From positions 6,102 to 70,101 of the forward strand of contig JBLNDE010000038.1 in NCBI GenBank assembly GCA_050261335.1: DNA of 64,000 nt. The letters are read 5' to 3'. Source of the DNA: Bacillota bacterium. Lineage in GTDB: Bacteria > Bacillota > SHA-98 > UBA4971. Both the position numbers and the translations under genes were made by a program. This document shows, piece by piece, positions 1-9,153 of this stretch (its first letter is position 1; each line of letters opens with the position of its first letter). Under the pieces are notes generated by a model. It did no database searches and was not told where the DNA came from. It saw only the letters and a program-made list of their open reading frames with translations.

Positions 1-82
1 GAGGATAAGTGGAGGAGGAGACAGTAGTCTGCGAACGAGGCCGTGACGTCAGCCGGCCGCTACAAAGGAGGTAGTCCCAAAG

Positions 83-1687
83 ATGAAACTCGGAAGGATT
101 GTGTCCACGATCCTGGGTACAATGCTGGTTCTGAGTTTGATGCTCGCGTGGGGCGGCTCCGCGACGCTCGCGAGCGCCAAGGCAGGTGGCATCCTCAACG
201 ACTACTTTGGCGAGGACCCGGGGACTTTCGACGTGCAGGCGGACACCACACTGGCGGTCTATGGTCTTGCCAGGGAGATCTTCAATACCCTCGTCAGGTA
301 CAAGGAAGCGACCCTGGAACTCGAGCCGGAGCTTCTGGCCAAGATGCCCGAGATATCCAAAGATGGGCTCGTGTACACCTTCGAGTTGAGACAGGGAGTC
401 AAGTTCCATGATGGCAAGACCGAGCTCACTTCCGAGGACGTGAAGTTCACCATCGAGCGGATGCTCGGTCCGGTCGGCCTCAGCAAGTGGCTCTTTGACC
501 CCATCAAAGGCGCAGCCGAGTTCATCAGCGGAAAGGCCGCCTCCGTATCAGGTATCACCATCGTCGACAAGTACCACTTCAGGATCACTCTGGCGAAACC
601 TTACGCGCCGTTCCTCGCCAACCTCGCGGTGCCCTCGGCTTCGATTTACTCCAGGAAGCTCGTGACCGAGGCAGGCGACAAGTGGGCGCACGGCCCGGTC
701 GGTACAGGGCCGTTCAAGCTCAAGAGCTACATCCCCAACACCGAGATCGTCCTCGCAAAGAACCCGGACTACTTCGAGAAAGGGCTTCCTTACCTTGATG
801 GCATCAACTACCGGGTGATCGGGGACTACACCACTGCGCTCATGGAGTTCGAGTCGGGCAATCTTGACGTCATAGGTGTGCCGTCCGAAGCGGAAGAGCG
901 ACAGAGGCTCCTCAATACCGGCAAGTACGAGCTTCTGAAGTCAACGCCTCTTGCGACGTACTACTTCTCGTTCAACATGAGCGATCCGGCATGGAAAGAC
1001 GTAAGGCTGCGCAAGGCGTTTGCCATGTGCATCGACAAGCAGGCCATCATCGACTCTATCTGGGGAGGCGACGCGGTGGTGGCCACGAGTTTCGTGACTC
1101 CGGGCATTCCCGGTGCCTTCGAGATGGGCAAAGGACCGGCCCTGCCTTATGATCCCGAGAAGGCCAGGAAGCTTGTCCAGGAACTCAAGGCCGGGGGCAA
1201 ACCCGTGAAATGCGAAGCATGGCAGCGGGGAGGAACCGGCCTCTCGGATACGAACATCGCGATGCAGGAGATGGCGAAGCAAGTCGGTATAGAGCTGAAC
1301 GTGGTCCTTACCGAGAGAGCGGCTTTCGGTGAGGCAAGGTCCAAAGGAACGGTCCCGGCGAACTACGGAAACTGGTGGGCTGACATCCCGGACCCCGACA
1401 ACTATCTGTACACCTACTTCCATCCCACTGAAATGATGTCCACACAGTATCGGAACGACAAGGTCACCAAACTCCTCGAGGAGGCAAAGGTGGAGACGGA
1501 TCCCAGGGTCAGGGCCCGGAAGTACCAGGAGGCGGAGAGCATCATCATCAGGGACGACTGCGCCATCGTTCCGCTGCTCCATCCCATCGACCTGCTTCTA
1601 GTTCAGAAGAACGTGCATGGAGTCATCATGCATCCCACGGGAGTCAACAGCTATAAGCACACCTGGAAGGATGCTCCCGGCAGATAG
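83..1687 (+). CDS. Peptide ABC transporter substrate-binding protein (DppA/OppA, SBP family 5)
   Basis: Signal peptide, family-5 motifs (YTFELRQGVKFHDG, GTGPFKL), AGGAGG RBS, first gene of a five-gene ABC operon. Confidence 0.92.
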   Translation: MKLGRIVSTILGTMLVLSLMLAWGGSATLASAKAGGILNDYFGEDPGTFDVQADTTLAVYGLAREIFNTLVRYKEATLELEPELLAKMPEISKDGLVYTFELRQGVKFHDGKTELTSEDVKFTIERMLGPVGLSKWLFDPIKGAAEFISGKAASVSGITIVDKYHFRITLAKPYAPFLANLAVPSASIYSRKLVTEAGDKWAHGPVGTGPFKLKSYIPNTEIVLAKNPDYFEKGLPYLDGINYRVIGDYTTALMEFESGNLDVIGVPSEAEERQRLLNTGKYELLKSTPLATYYFSFNMSDPAWKDVRLRKAFAMCIDKQAIIDSIWGGDAVVATSFVTPGIPGAFEMGKGPALPYDPEKARKLVQELKAGGKPVKCEAWQRGGTGLSDTNIAMQEMAKQVGIELNVVLTERAAFGEARSKGTVPANYGNWWADIPDPDNYLYTYFHPTEMMSTQYRNDKVTKLLEEAKVETDPRVRARKYQEAESIIIRDDCAIVPLLHPIDLLLVQKNVHGVIMHPTGVNSYKHTWKDAPGR

Positions 1688-1697
1688 GAGACAGACC

Positions 1698-1725
1698 GGG
1701 GTACGCCTGGAAACGGGCGTACCCC
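1698..1725 (+). terminator. Intercistronic GNRA-loop hairpin after the SBP gene (mRNA stabiliser or partial terminator)
   Basis: GGGGTACGCCTG-GAAA-CGGGCGTACCCC, 12-bp stem with one G-U pair; no clear U tract. Confidence 0.5.
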
Positions 1726-1753
1726 CATTCGCATCGTTGCGGGGTGAGGGGCT

Positions 1754-2674
1754 TTGGTGCAGTACGTCACACGGCGGGTCCTCATGATGATACCCGTTCT
1801 CATCGGAGTTACCCTGGTCACGTTCATCCTGATGAACGTGGTGCCTGGCGACCCCGTCATTGAAATGCTGGGCAAGCGGACGGACCCGGAGACCGTTGCG
1901 ATGGTGAGAAAGGAACTCGGTCTGGACGCTCCGCTTCACATCCAATACCTGCGGTTTGTCGCAGGCGCCCTCAGGGGCGACCTCGGCAAGTCATACAAGC
2001 TCCGGCAGCCGGTGACCGCGCTCATCATGAGGACGTTCCCGACCACCGCGAAGCTGGCTCTGTCTGCTGCAGTGGTGGCGATAACACTGGGCATCACCGT
2101 GGGCATCATCTCAGCGGTGAAGCAGTACTCCTTTCTCGACCACACCGCCATGGTCGCGACTCTCACCGCGATATCGGCGCCGGTTTTCTGGGTCGCAATG
2201 GTTGCTCAGCTTGTGTTCGGGTACTACCTCAGGTGGTTTCCGATTTCCGGGTATTACAGCCCGTGGCATATGGTTCTGCCGGCAATCGTGTTAGGGACGC
2301 GCTTCTCGGCGTCGATAGCTCGCCTTACGCGCACCACGATGCTGGATGTCATCAGGCAGGACTACATCAGGACCGCCAGGGCCAAGGGGCTTGCCGAGAG
2401 AGTGGTTACCTACTCGCATGCATTGAGGAACGCGATGATACCCATTGTGACCATCATCGGCATGCAGATCTCGGGGCTTCTCACGGGGTCGTTCTTCACT
2501 GAAACGGTGTTTGCCATACCCGGTCTCGGAAGCCTGGCCGTAAAGGCGATGCAGCAAAGGGACTTCCCTCTCATGCAGGGGACGGTCCTCTTCGGTGCGG
2601 TCGTGCTCTGCGTTGGCATCTTGATCGTGGATATCTCATACGCCTACCTTGATCCCAGGATCCGCCTGGAGTGA
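1754..2674 (+). CDS. Peptide ABC transporter permease (DppB/OppB)
   Basis: PGDP motif, EAA-like loop DYIRTARAKGL, C-terminal LDPRIR. Confidence 0.93.
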   Translation: MVQYVTRRVLMMIPVLIGVTLVTFILMNVVPGDPVIEMLGKRTDPETVAMVRKELGLDAPLHIQYLRFVAGALRGDLGKSYKLRQPVTALIMRTFPTTAKLALSAAVVAITLGITVGIISAVKQYSFLDHTAMVATLTAISAPVFWVAMVAQLVFGYYLRWFPISGYYSPWHMVLPAIVLGTRFSASIARLTRTTMLDVIRQDYIRTARAKGLAERVVTYSHALRNAMIPIVTIIGMQISGLLTGSFFTETVFAIPGLGSLAVKAMQQRDFPLMQGTVLFGAVVLCVGILIVDISYAYLDPRIRLE

Positions 2675-2705
2675 AACCTGCAGTAAGGAGGCAAGAAGAC
2701 GGGAG

Positions 2706-3608
2706 ATGCGGCTACTCACACGCGGAGGCAGAATCCCTGCCGGCAGGACTCTATGGGCGGATTCCTGGAGAAGACTCAAGCGGAATAAGCCAGCTGTGGT
2801 GGGCCTTGTTTTCGTCCTGCTGGTCCTGTTCGTCGGCATCTTCGCGGATCTCCTTGCGCCGGCAAGTCCCACGGATCAAGATCTGCGGGCGCGGTTTGCG
2901 AGACCTGGTTCACCTTCAAAGATAACGAGAAATGGCACGTACATCCTCGGAGCCGATCAGTTTGGCCGCGATATCCTCTCGAGGATAATCTACGGGGCAA
3001 GGGTTTCGCTGACCCTCGCCGTGGTGGTCGAGGCGATCACAAGGATCATAGGTATTACCGTGGGGTCCGTTGCCGGGTACTACGGCGGATGGATAGACAT
3101 GGCCATATCCCGGGTGCTCGAGGTTCTGATGGCCTTTCCCGACCTCCTCTTCTATATCGGGATAAGGTTTGCCCTGGGCTCCAGCCTGCCCGTGCTCATA
3201 CTGGCGTTTTCAGCTTTTGGCTGGGCCGGGACGTCGAGATTCGTCCGCGGGCTCGTGATGCAGCTGAAGGAATCGGAGTACGTGGAAGCTGCTCGTGCCC
3301 AGGGTTTCTCCGATGCCCGGGTCATCGCCCGGCACATCCTTCCCAACTGCCTCGGGCCCTTGATCGTCTCGATTACCCTGAGCATCCCAGGGACCATCAT
3401 GGGCGAGGCGGGGCTCGCCTTCCTCGGTCTCGGCATTCAGCCGCCCGCCCCAAGCTGGGGGAACATGATATACGACTCCAGAGCCTACCTGCGGGTTGCC
3501 CCTTTCTTCGGGATCTGGCCTGGCGTCGCCCTCGTGGTGACGGTGCTTGCCTTCAACCTGTTTGGCGATGGTTTGCGAGACGCTCTGGACCCGAGGCTCA
3601 AGAGATGA
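2706..3608 (+). CDS. Peptide ABC transporter permease (DppC/OppC)
   Basis: LGADQFGRDILSRIIYGAR, EYVEAARAQG, GDGLRDALDP; start chosen at ATG 2706. Confidence 0.92.
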   Translation: MRLLTRGGRIPAGRTLWADSWRRLKRNKPAVVGLVFVLLVLFVGIFADLLAPASPTDQDLRARFARPGSPSKITRNGTYILGADQFGRDILSRIIYGARVSLTLAVVVEAITRIIGITVGSVAGYYGGWIDMAISRVLEVLMAFPDLLFYIGIRFALGSSLPVLILAFSAFGWAGTSRFVRGLVMQLKESEYVEAARAQGFSDARVIARHILPNCLGPLIVSITLSIPGTIMGEAGLAFLGLGIQPPAPSWGNMIYDSRAYLRVAPFFGIWPGVALVVTVLAFNLFGDGLRDALDPRLKR

Positions 3609-3678
3609 GGAACGACCGGAGGTGTACCGGTGCCCGGCGGACAGGCGAGACAAAGAGTAGACCGGGGGTGACTTTTGG

Positions 3679-4668
3679 GTGCCAAAGGATCTGGTTCGAG
3701 TAAAGGAGCTCACCACGAGATTCTTTACCGATGACGGAGTCGTCACTGCCGCAGACAGAGTATCCTTTTGTGTCGGCGAAGGGGAAACCCTGGGCATGGT
3801 AGGGGAATCCGGTTGCGGCAAGTCGGTGACCTCTCTTTCGATAATGCGACTCATCCAGTCTCCCCCCGGCAAGATAACCTCGGGAGAGATCTGGTTTCAG
3901 GGTAAGGATCTCCTGAAACTGTCCCGCGATGAGATGCGGGCCATACGCGGAGACAAGATTTCTATGATATTCCAGGAGCCGATGACCTCGTTGAACCCGG
4001 TGTTCACCATCGGCAGGCAGATCTCCGAAGCGATAATCCTGCACCAGAAAGTTTCGGCACGGGAAGCCAGGGAGAAGACCATTGAGATGCTGCGTCTCGT
4101 CGGGATTCCCCTTCCGGATAGACGGTTCGACGAGTTCCCGCACCAGCTGTCCGGGGGGATGCGCCAGAGGGCGATGATCGCCATGGCGCTTTCATGCAAC
4201 CCCAGGCTCCTCATAGCGGACGAGCCCACGACCGCCCTCGACGTGACCATCCAGGCTCAGATTCTCGATCTCATACGGCGCCTGAAAGACGAGGTGGGAA
4301 TGAGCGTGCTCCTCATTACTCACGACCTGGGCGTCATAGCGGAGATGGCCCAGAGGGTCGTGGTGATGTATGCCGGACAGATCGTGGAGGAAGCTTGTTG
4401 TGACGATCTGTTCTCCGACCCGCGACACCCGTACACCGCCGCCCTGCTGAGATCCATACCCAGGCTCGAAGCGGGCAAAGTGCGGCTTCACGTTATCGAG
4501 GGGTCTGTTCCCAACCTTCTCGAGCTTCCTCCCGGCTGCAGGTTTCATCCGAGATGCACCGAGGCTCAGGACGTCTGCCGGGTCAGGACACCTGCGCTCA
4601 GCGTGATCGATGGCCGCAGGGTGAGATGTTTCCGCCGGGATTCGCCCCCCGAGGAGGTGGCCTCTTAG
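3679..4668 (+). CDS. Peptide ABC transporter ATP-binding protein (DppD/OppD)
   Basis: Walker [26 protein letters not shown]-terminal GCRFHPRC domain. Confidence 0.94.
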   Translation: MPKDLVRVKELTTRFFTDDGVVTAADRVSFCVGEGETLGMVGESGCGKSVTSLSIMRLIQSPPGKITSGEIWFQGKDLLKLSRDEMRAIRGDKISMIFQEPMTSLNPVFTIGRQISEAIILHQKVSAREAREKTIEMLRLVGIPLPDRRFDEFPHQLSGGMRQRAMIAMALSCNPRLLIADEPTTALDVTIQAQILDLIRRLKDEVGMSVLLITHDLGVIAEMAQRVVVMYAGQIVEEACCDDLFSDPRHPYTAALLRSIPRLEAGKVRLHVIEGSVPNLLELPPGCRFHPRCTEAQDVCRVRTPALSVIDGRRVRCFRRDSPPEEVAS

Positions 4669-5679
4669 GTGAGCGTCGCGTTGAAAAGAGATGTGGATAC
4701 ACTCGAGGCCTCGCCGAACCTGGTCGAGGTGGAGGGTCTTGTCAAGTGGTTTCCAGTGCGTGCCGGAGTCTTCCGAGCGGTCGTGGGTTGGATCAAGGCC
4801 GTTGACGACGTGAGCTTCACGATACGTCGCGGTGAGACGCTCGGCCTCGTCGGCGAAAGCGGTTGCGGCAAGACCACGACGGCTCGGGCCATATTGAGAC
4901 TGATAGAGCCCACGAGAGGCCGGATCCTGTTTGACGGGATAGATCTCATGAAGCTCGATTCGCGGCAACTTGCCCGCATGCGCCCTCAAATGCAGGTGAT
5001 CTTCCAGGATCCGTATGGCTCGCTGAACCCGCGCCACACCGTCATGGAGATAGTGGGGGAGGCTCTCGCTTACCACGGAATCGTAAGAAAGGGGAAGGCT
5101 CTCGAAGAGAGGGTCGCGGAGCTCCTGGACATGGTGGGGCTTTCCGCGCAGCACATGCGTCGGTACCCCCACGAGTTCTCCGGCGGACAGAGGCAGAGGA
5201 TCGGCATAGCGAGGGCCCTCGCCACCTCGCCCAAGCTCATCGTGTGCGATGAGCCTGTTTCAGCGCTGGACGTCTCGATTCAGAGCCAGATCCTGAATCT
5301 CCTCGAAGACCTCCAGGCCAGGTTCGGGGTCACGTATCTCTTCATCGCGCACGGGCTGCACGTGGTGAAGCACATCTCCAACAGGGTCGGCGTGATGTAC
5401 CTGGGCAAGCTCATCGAGGTGGCTGACAGCGAGGACATCTACGAAGAGCCGTTACACCCTTACACTCAGGCCCTCATATCCGCGATCCCCGTACCAGACC
5501 CGCGGCGCAAGCGGCAGAGGCTGATTCTCCAGGGGGACGTGCCAAGCCCCTTGAACCCGCCTCCGGGCTGCAGGTTCTGGACGAGGTGCCCCGTGATGAC
5601 CGACGCCTGCAAGAAGACCCAGCCTGTCCTCAAGGACATCGGCAGGGGCCATCAGGTGGCTTGCCTGAGGTATTCCTGA
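4669..5679 (+). CDS. Peptide ABC transporter ATP-binding protein (DppF/OppF)
   Basis: [25 protein letters not shown]-terminal Cys domain. Confidence 0.94.
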   Translation: MSVALKRDVDTLEASPNLVEVEGLVKWFPVRAGVFRAVVGWIKAVDDVSFTIRRGETLGLVGESGCGKTTTARAILRLIEPTRGRILFDGIDLMKLDSRQLARMRPQMQVIFQDPYGSLNPRHTVMEIVGEALAYHGIVRKGKALEERVAELLDMVGLSAQHMRRYPHEFSGGQRQRIGIARALATSPKLIVCDEPVSALDVSIQSQILNLLEDLQARFGVTYLFIAHGLHVVKHISNRVGVMYLGKLIEVADSEDIYEEPLHPYTQALISAIPVPDPRRKRQRLILQGDVPSPLNPPPGCRFWTRCPVMTDACKKTQPVLKDIGRGHQVACLRYS

Positions 5680-5823
5680 GGACACAGCGAAGATGCCGGT
5701 CGCATTCCCGGGTCATCCGCCCTGGTAAAGATCGTCAGCGGACGCCGGCATCATGGTTCCTGCGATCTCCTGAGCGGCTGCAAATCGCGATACCGTGCCA
5801 TCCGTTACTCCCTCCGTCAAGTC

Positions 5824-6300
5824 TTATTCCGTCAGGTCCCAAAGGCAGGAAGCCGGTTCCTGCCCTGACAGAGCGACGAGGGCTCGAAGCGCCAGGGCGT
5901 AGCCGAGAGGGCCGAGGCCCGAGATCTGTCCGCGCGCCACGGGGGCGATCACCGAGTGGTGGCGGAACTCATCGCGGGCGTAAATGTTTGAGAGGTGGAC
6001 CTCGATGGTTGGGAGCCCGCTGCCGCCGATGGCGTCGCGGATGGCGACACTGTAATGGGTATACGCTGCAGGATTGATGACGAGGCCGTGGCAGCGGTCC
6101 GCGGCGTCCCATATGAGGCTCACGATCTCCCCCTCATGGTTCGTCTGGTGGATCTCGACCGTCACGCCGAGGGCCCGGGCTTCCTGTTCGATGAGACCGT
6201 TGATGCTGTCAAGGGTTTGAGACCCATAGATACCTGGCTCCCGCAGGCCCAATCGGTCCAGGTTCGGGCCATGAATTACCATGATAGTAGTGTCCGCCAT
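5824..6300 (-). CDS. aroQ: Type II 3-dehydroquinate dehydratase
   Basis: HGPNLDRLGLREPGIYG, INPAAYTHYS, EVHLSNIYARDEFRHHS; GGAGG RBS before ATG 6300. Confidence 0.95.
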   Translation of the reverse strand: MADTTIMVIHGPNLDRLGLREPGIYGSQTLDSINGLIEQEARALGVTVEIHQTNHEGEIVSLIWDAADRCHGLVINPAAYTHYSVAIRDAIGGSGLPTIEVHLSNIYARDEFRHHSVIAPVARGQISGLGPLGYALALRALVALSGQEPASCLWDLTE

Positions 6301-6426
6301 GTTTTCCCCTCCTGTCTCGTGGGCATCTCCCAAAGGTGCTCATCTCGGTATCACGCTTGCACACATCGCGGTCGCCTAAGCCAGGGTGCGTTAGTTCTTG
6401 TCTTCTTGCCAGCAGTTGCCGGAAGC

Positions 6427-6928
6427 GTTCGCCACGTCACGATTAGCGGCTATCGGGCGACGCACATCACTGGTCACGGCCGCCCTACCCGTTCCCAACG
6501 TGACATGTGCCAGGGGACGCGTGACGTGCGTCACTCGTCAGGCTCTTCCCGTTCCGTACCTCACGGATCGGGACCCGATCCGTGAGGTACGTCATCCTTC
6601 CCGCCTTACCCGTTCCCTCCGTCGCACGTTCCTCATGAAGAGTTCCCCACGTCACGCATTCGGGCCTGACCCGCGACGAGCATCATCACTGCCGCCGTAT
6701 TCGCTCCCTGCGCCACGGATCCCCCACGAAGTGTTCCATACGTCACTCGTCGAAACTGGACAGGTGACGGACGTCACGGGTGCTTCCGCAACCGTTCCGC
6801 ACATCCCGCTTGAGAGCCGTCCACTGACGTACATCACCGGTCCGGTCCTGACCCGTTCCCCGTGTCACGCGTGCAGGGGGACCGGTGCTACGCGTCACTC
6901 TTTCCGCCCCACCCGTTCCGTACATCAC
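6427..6928. repeat. Non-coding array of 17 degenerate 14-bp boxes (GT[TC/GA]CNNRCRTCAC) separated by variable spacers, mostly 16-17 bp
   Basis: Box starts at 6427, 6457, 6491, 6521, 6551, 6582, 6612, 6642, 6673, 6703, 6733, 6764, 6794, 6824, 6855, 6885, 6915. Confidence 0.8.
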
Positions 6929-7062
6929 GGGTCTTCCGCGAACGGTTTTCAGGGAACCGCGAGGTCAACTCTAGGGCCACCGGCGCCGGGGGTCGCCCTC
7001 CTAGACAAGCCCGCCAGGTCCACGAGGCCGCGCCGCGGCACTTCGTGTCCGGGAAAGTGGCA

Positions 7063-9039
7063 TCAGTTAGTGGCCAGATCGCCCTGAGGGCCAGCGAGGG
7101 CGATCCCGCTGGGACCAGCTCGCGCGCTCTGGCCAGGCATGACTATCTCCTCCGCCAGCGCTTCCGCGGCCGGATCCTCGCAGACGGAGCATCTTCCTAT
7201 GGAGAGCGGCAGCACGACGCGAAGCTTGCCCCCACGGGCTTTCTTGTCAAGGGCCATAGCGGCCAGGATGGATTTGCGGAGGGCGTCACCGTCCGCGAGT
7301 GGGACCGACGTTGGCAACCCAAGGCCTGCGAGCAGTCGGATCACCTGCGCCGAGGCGTCCTCCTGAAGGTAGCCCAGGCGCGCGGATGCGCGACAAGCCG
7401 CGGCAAGACCTATCGCCACGGCTTCTCCGTGGGTCCAGCGCCGAAAGCCGCCAGCCCGCTCGATGGCGTGGCCGAGCGTGTGGCCGAGGTTGAGGAGCAG
7501 GCGGTCTCCTGTGTCGCGCTCGTCCGTGGCCACGATCTTGGCCTTAACCATGACCGCCCTGCGGACGATGTCCTGCCACAAGGCAGGTTCCTGCTGGAGG
7601 GTCCGGGCTGCGGCGAACCTGGCGGCGCGCGGACGCCGGAGGCCGGCGGTGCGGCGCCCATCGGTCGAACAGGTGTCGGCGCCGTCCGCTACCAGGGCCA
7701 CGTGCTCCAGAGTCTCGAAGAGATCTGGGTCCCCGATGACCGCGGCCTTGACTACTTCTGCGAGACCGCTCGTGAGATCGCGCAGTGGCAACGTCCCCAG
7801 AGTGGTGATGTCTGCTATCACGGCCGCGGGCTGCCAGAACGTGCCGGCGAGGTTCTTGGCGGCCCGGAGGTTGATCGCGGTCTTCCCGCCGACGGCGCTG
7901 TCCACCATTGCCAGCAGCGTGGTGGGCACGTGGACCAGCCTGACCCCGCGCATGTATGTGGCGGCGAAGAACCCAGCCACATCGCCGACGGTGCCGCCTC
8001 CAAGTGCGATCACCAGCGAGTCGCGGCCGGCACCGGAGGCCGCGGCGAGGTCGTACAGCTTCGCCAGGGTTGCAAGGCTTTTCGCTCTCTCTCCCTCGGC
8101 GACCATGGCCCACGCGATGGGCGGGGCGCAGCCAAGCCAGCAGCGAAGGCCTTCTTCGAGTCGCCCGCCGAAGAGCGACCGGAGCAGGGGGGTGGTGACC
8201 ACGATGATCCTGCCGGGAGGCCGCCCGCCGCCGGAGCTTCTGTGGCCAAGGGCCGTGTCGTACGTGCCTGGACGGGGGAGAAGGCCGCGGCCAGCGAGGT
8301 ACGGGTACACTGCGGTTCCCGCGGAGACCTCGAGCAGGTACGGTTCATCGCGATCCGGCTGCGCTTCGTCCCGATGCTCGCACACACCGCGTGAACTCCG
8401 AACCGGGACAGCCTGCTCTCCGGCCGCACCGCAGGTTTCCGAACCGTCCGCGAGGGGCGGGCACGCCGCCGTCCACGCGATCTTGCGGACTATCTCGCGG
8501 ACGATGTCCTCGGGGCGCTTGCCGTCGGTATCGATGGCGACGTGCGCTTGCCGGTATCCTTGCTCCCGCGCGCTCATCAGGGAGCGTACCCGCTCTATGT
8601 CGGCCTTTCCTTGGAGCACCGGCCTTGAATCCATCCCAGGCGCGTGCTCGGAGGAGCCGTCTTCGGAGCTGTCCGGCCACGGCCGCAGGCGGGCGAGGAC
8701 GCTCTCAGGGGACGCGCGCAGCCATACGAGAAGGCCCGCGCGCTTCAGGGCCTTGACGTTTCGCCGGTCCATGAGCGCTCCGCCGCCCACGGAGATGACG
8801 GTGCTGTTGAGCCTCGAGGCCTGCCTCACCGCGCGGGCTTCCATGCGTCTGAACCAGGCTTCCCCGCGCGTCCGGAAGATCTCGCTGATGGTGGCGCCTG
8901 CCTCCGATTCGATGAGGGCGTCGGTATCGAGAAACGCCATCCCGAGCAGCGCGGCAAGGCACGCGCCGACGGAGGACTTGCCCGCCCCCATGAAGCCCGT
9001 CAGTATGATGTTGGTAGCTGTAGTCGGTACGGTCGTCAT
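7063..9039 (-). CDS. aroB: Bifunctional shikimate kinase / 3-dehydroquinate synthase (AroK-AroB fusion)
   Basis: N-terminal GFMGAGKSS and GEAWFRRME (AroK); C-terminal GGGTVGDVAGF, PTTLLAMVDSAVGGKT, LNLGHTLGHAIE (AroB). Confidence 0.92.
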   Translation of the reverse strand: MTTVPTTATNIILTGFMGAGKSSVGACLAALLGMAFLDTDALIESEAGATISEIFRTRGEAWFRRMEARAVRQASRLNSTVISVGGGALMDRRNVKALKRAGLLVWLRASPESVLARLRPWPDSSEDGSSEHAPGMDSRPVLQGKADIERVRSLMSAREQGYRQAHVAIDTDGKRPEDIVREIVRKIAWTAACPPLADGSETCGAAGEQAVPVRSSRGVCEHRDEAQPDRDEPYLLEVSAGTAVYPYLAGRGLLPRPGTYDTALGHRSSGGGRPPGRIIVVTTPLLRSLFGGRLEEGLRCWLGCAPPIAWAMVAEGERAKSLATLAKLYDLAAASGAGRDSLVIALGGGTVGDVAGFFAATYMRGVRLVHVPTTLLAMVDSAVGGKTAINLRAAKNLAGTFWQPAAVIADITTLGTLPLRDLTSGLAEVVKAAVIGDPDLFETLEHVALVADGADTCSTDGRRTAGLRRPRAARFAAARTLQQEPALWQDIVRRAVMVKAKIVATDERDTGDRLLLNLGHTLGHAIERAGGFRRWTHGEAVAIGLAAACRASARLGYLQEDASAQVIRLLAGLGLPTSVPLADGDALRKSILAAMALDKKARGGKLRVVLPLSIGRCSVCEDPAAEALAEEIVMPGQSARAGPSGIALAGPQGDLATN

Positions 9040-9153
9040 GTATGCTCTCCCTCGAGTCCCTCCAATGGCTGCGTGGGTGCGTGGGTGGGCGTTCCTCGGC
9101 TCCTTTCCCCTTTCCCGCGGCTGCGCGGCTCGCGGCGTTGTATGCTCTCAGGG

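Noticed and set aside
6427-6928. CRISPR array call for the periodic repeat
   Set aside because: Repeats are only 14 bp and degenerate, spacers are 16-17 bp and recur, and there is no AT-rich leader or cas gene in the window
6398-7087. 229-aa plus-strand ORF over the array
   Set aside because: No motif or RBS, no amino-acid periodicity, and the 30/30/31 spacing is incompatible with a coding repeat
7063-9039. AroK-AroB fusion as a novelty
   Set aside because: Such fusions are already known, for example in Thermotoga
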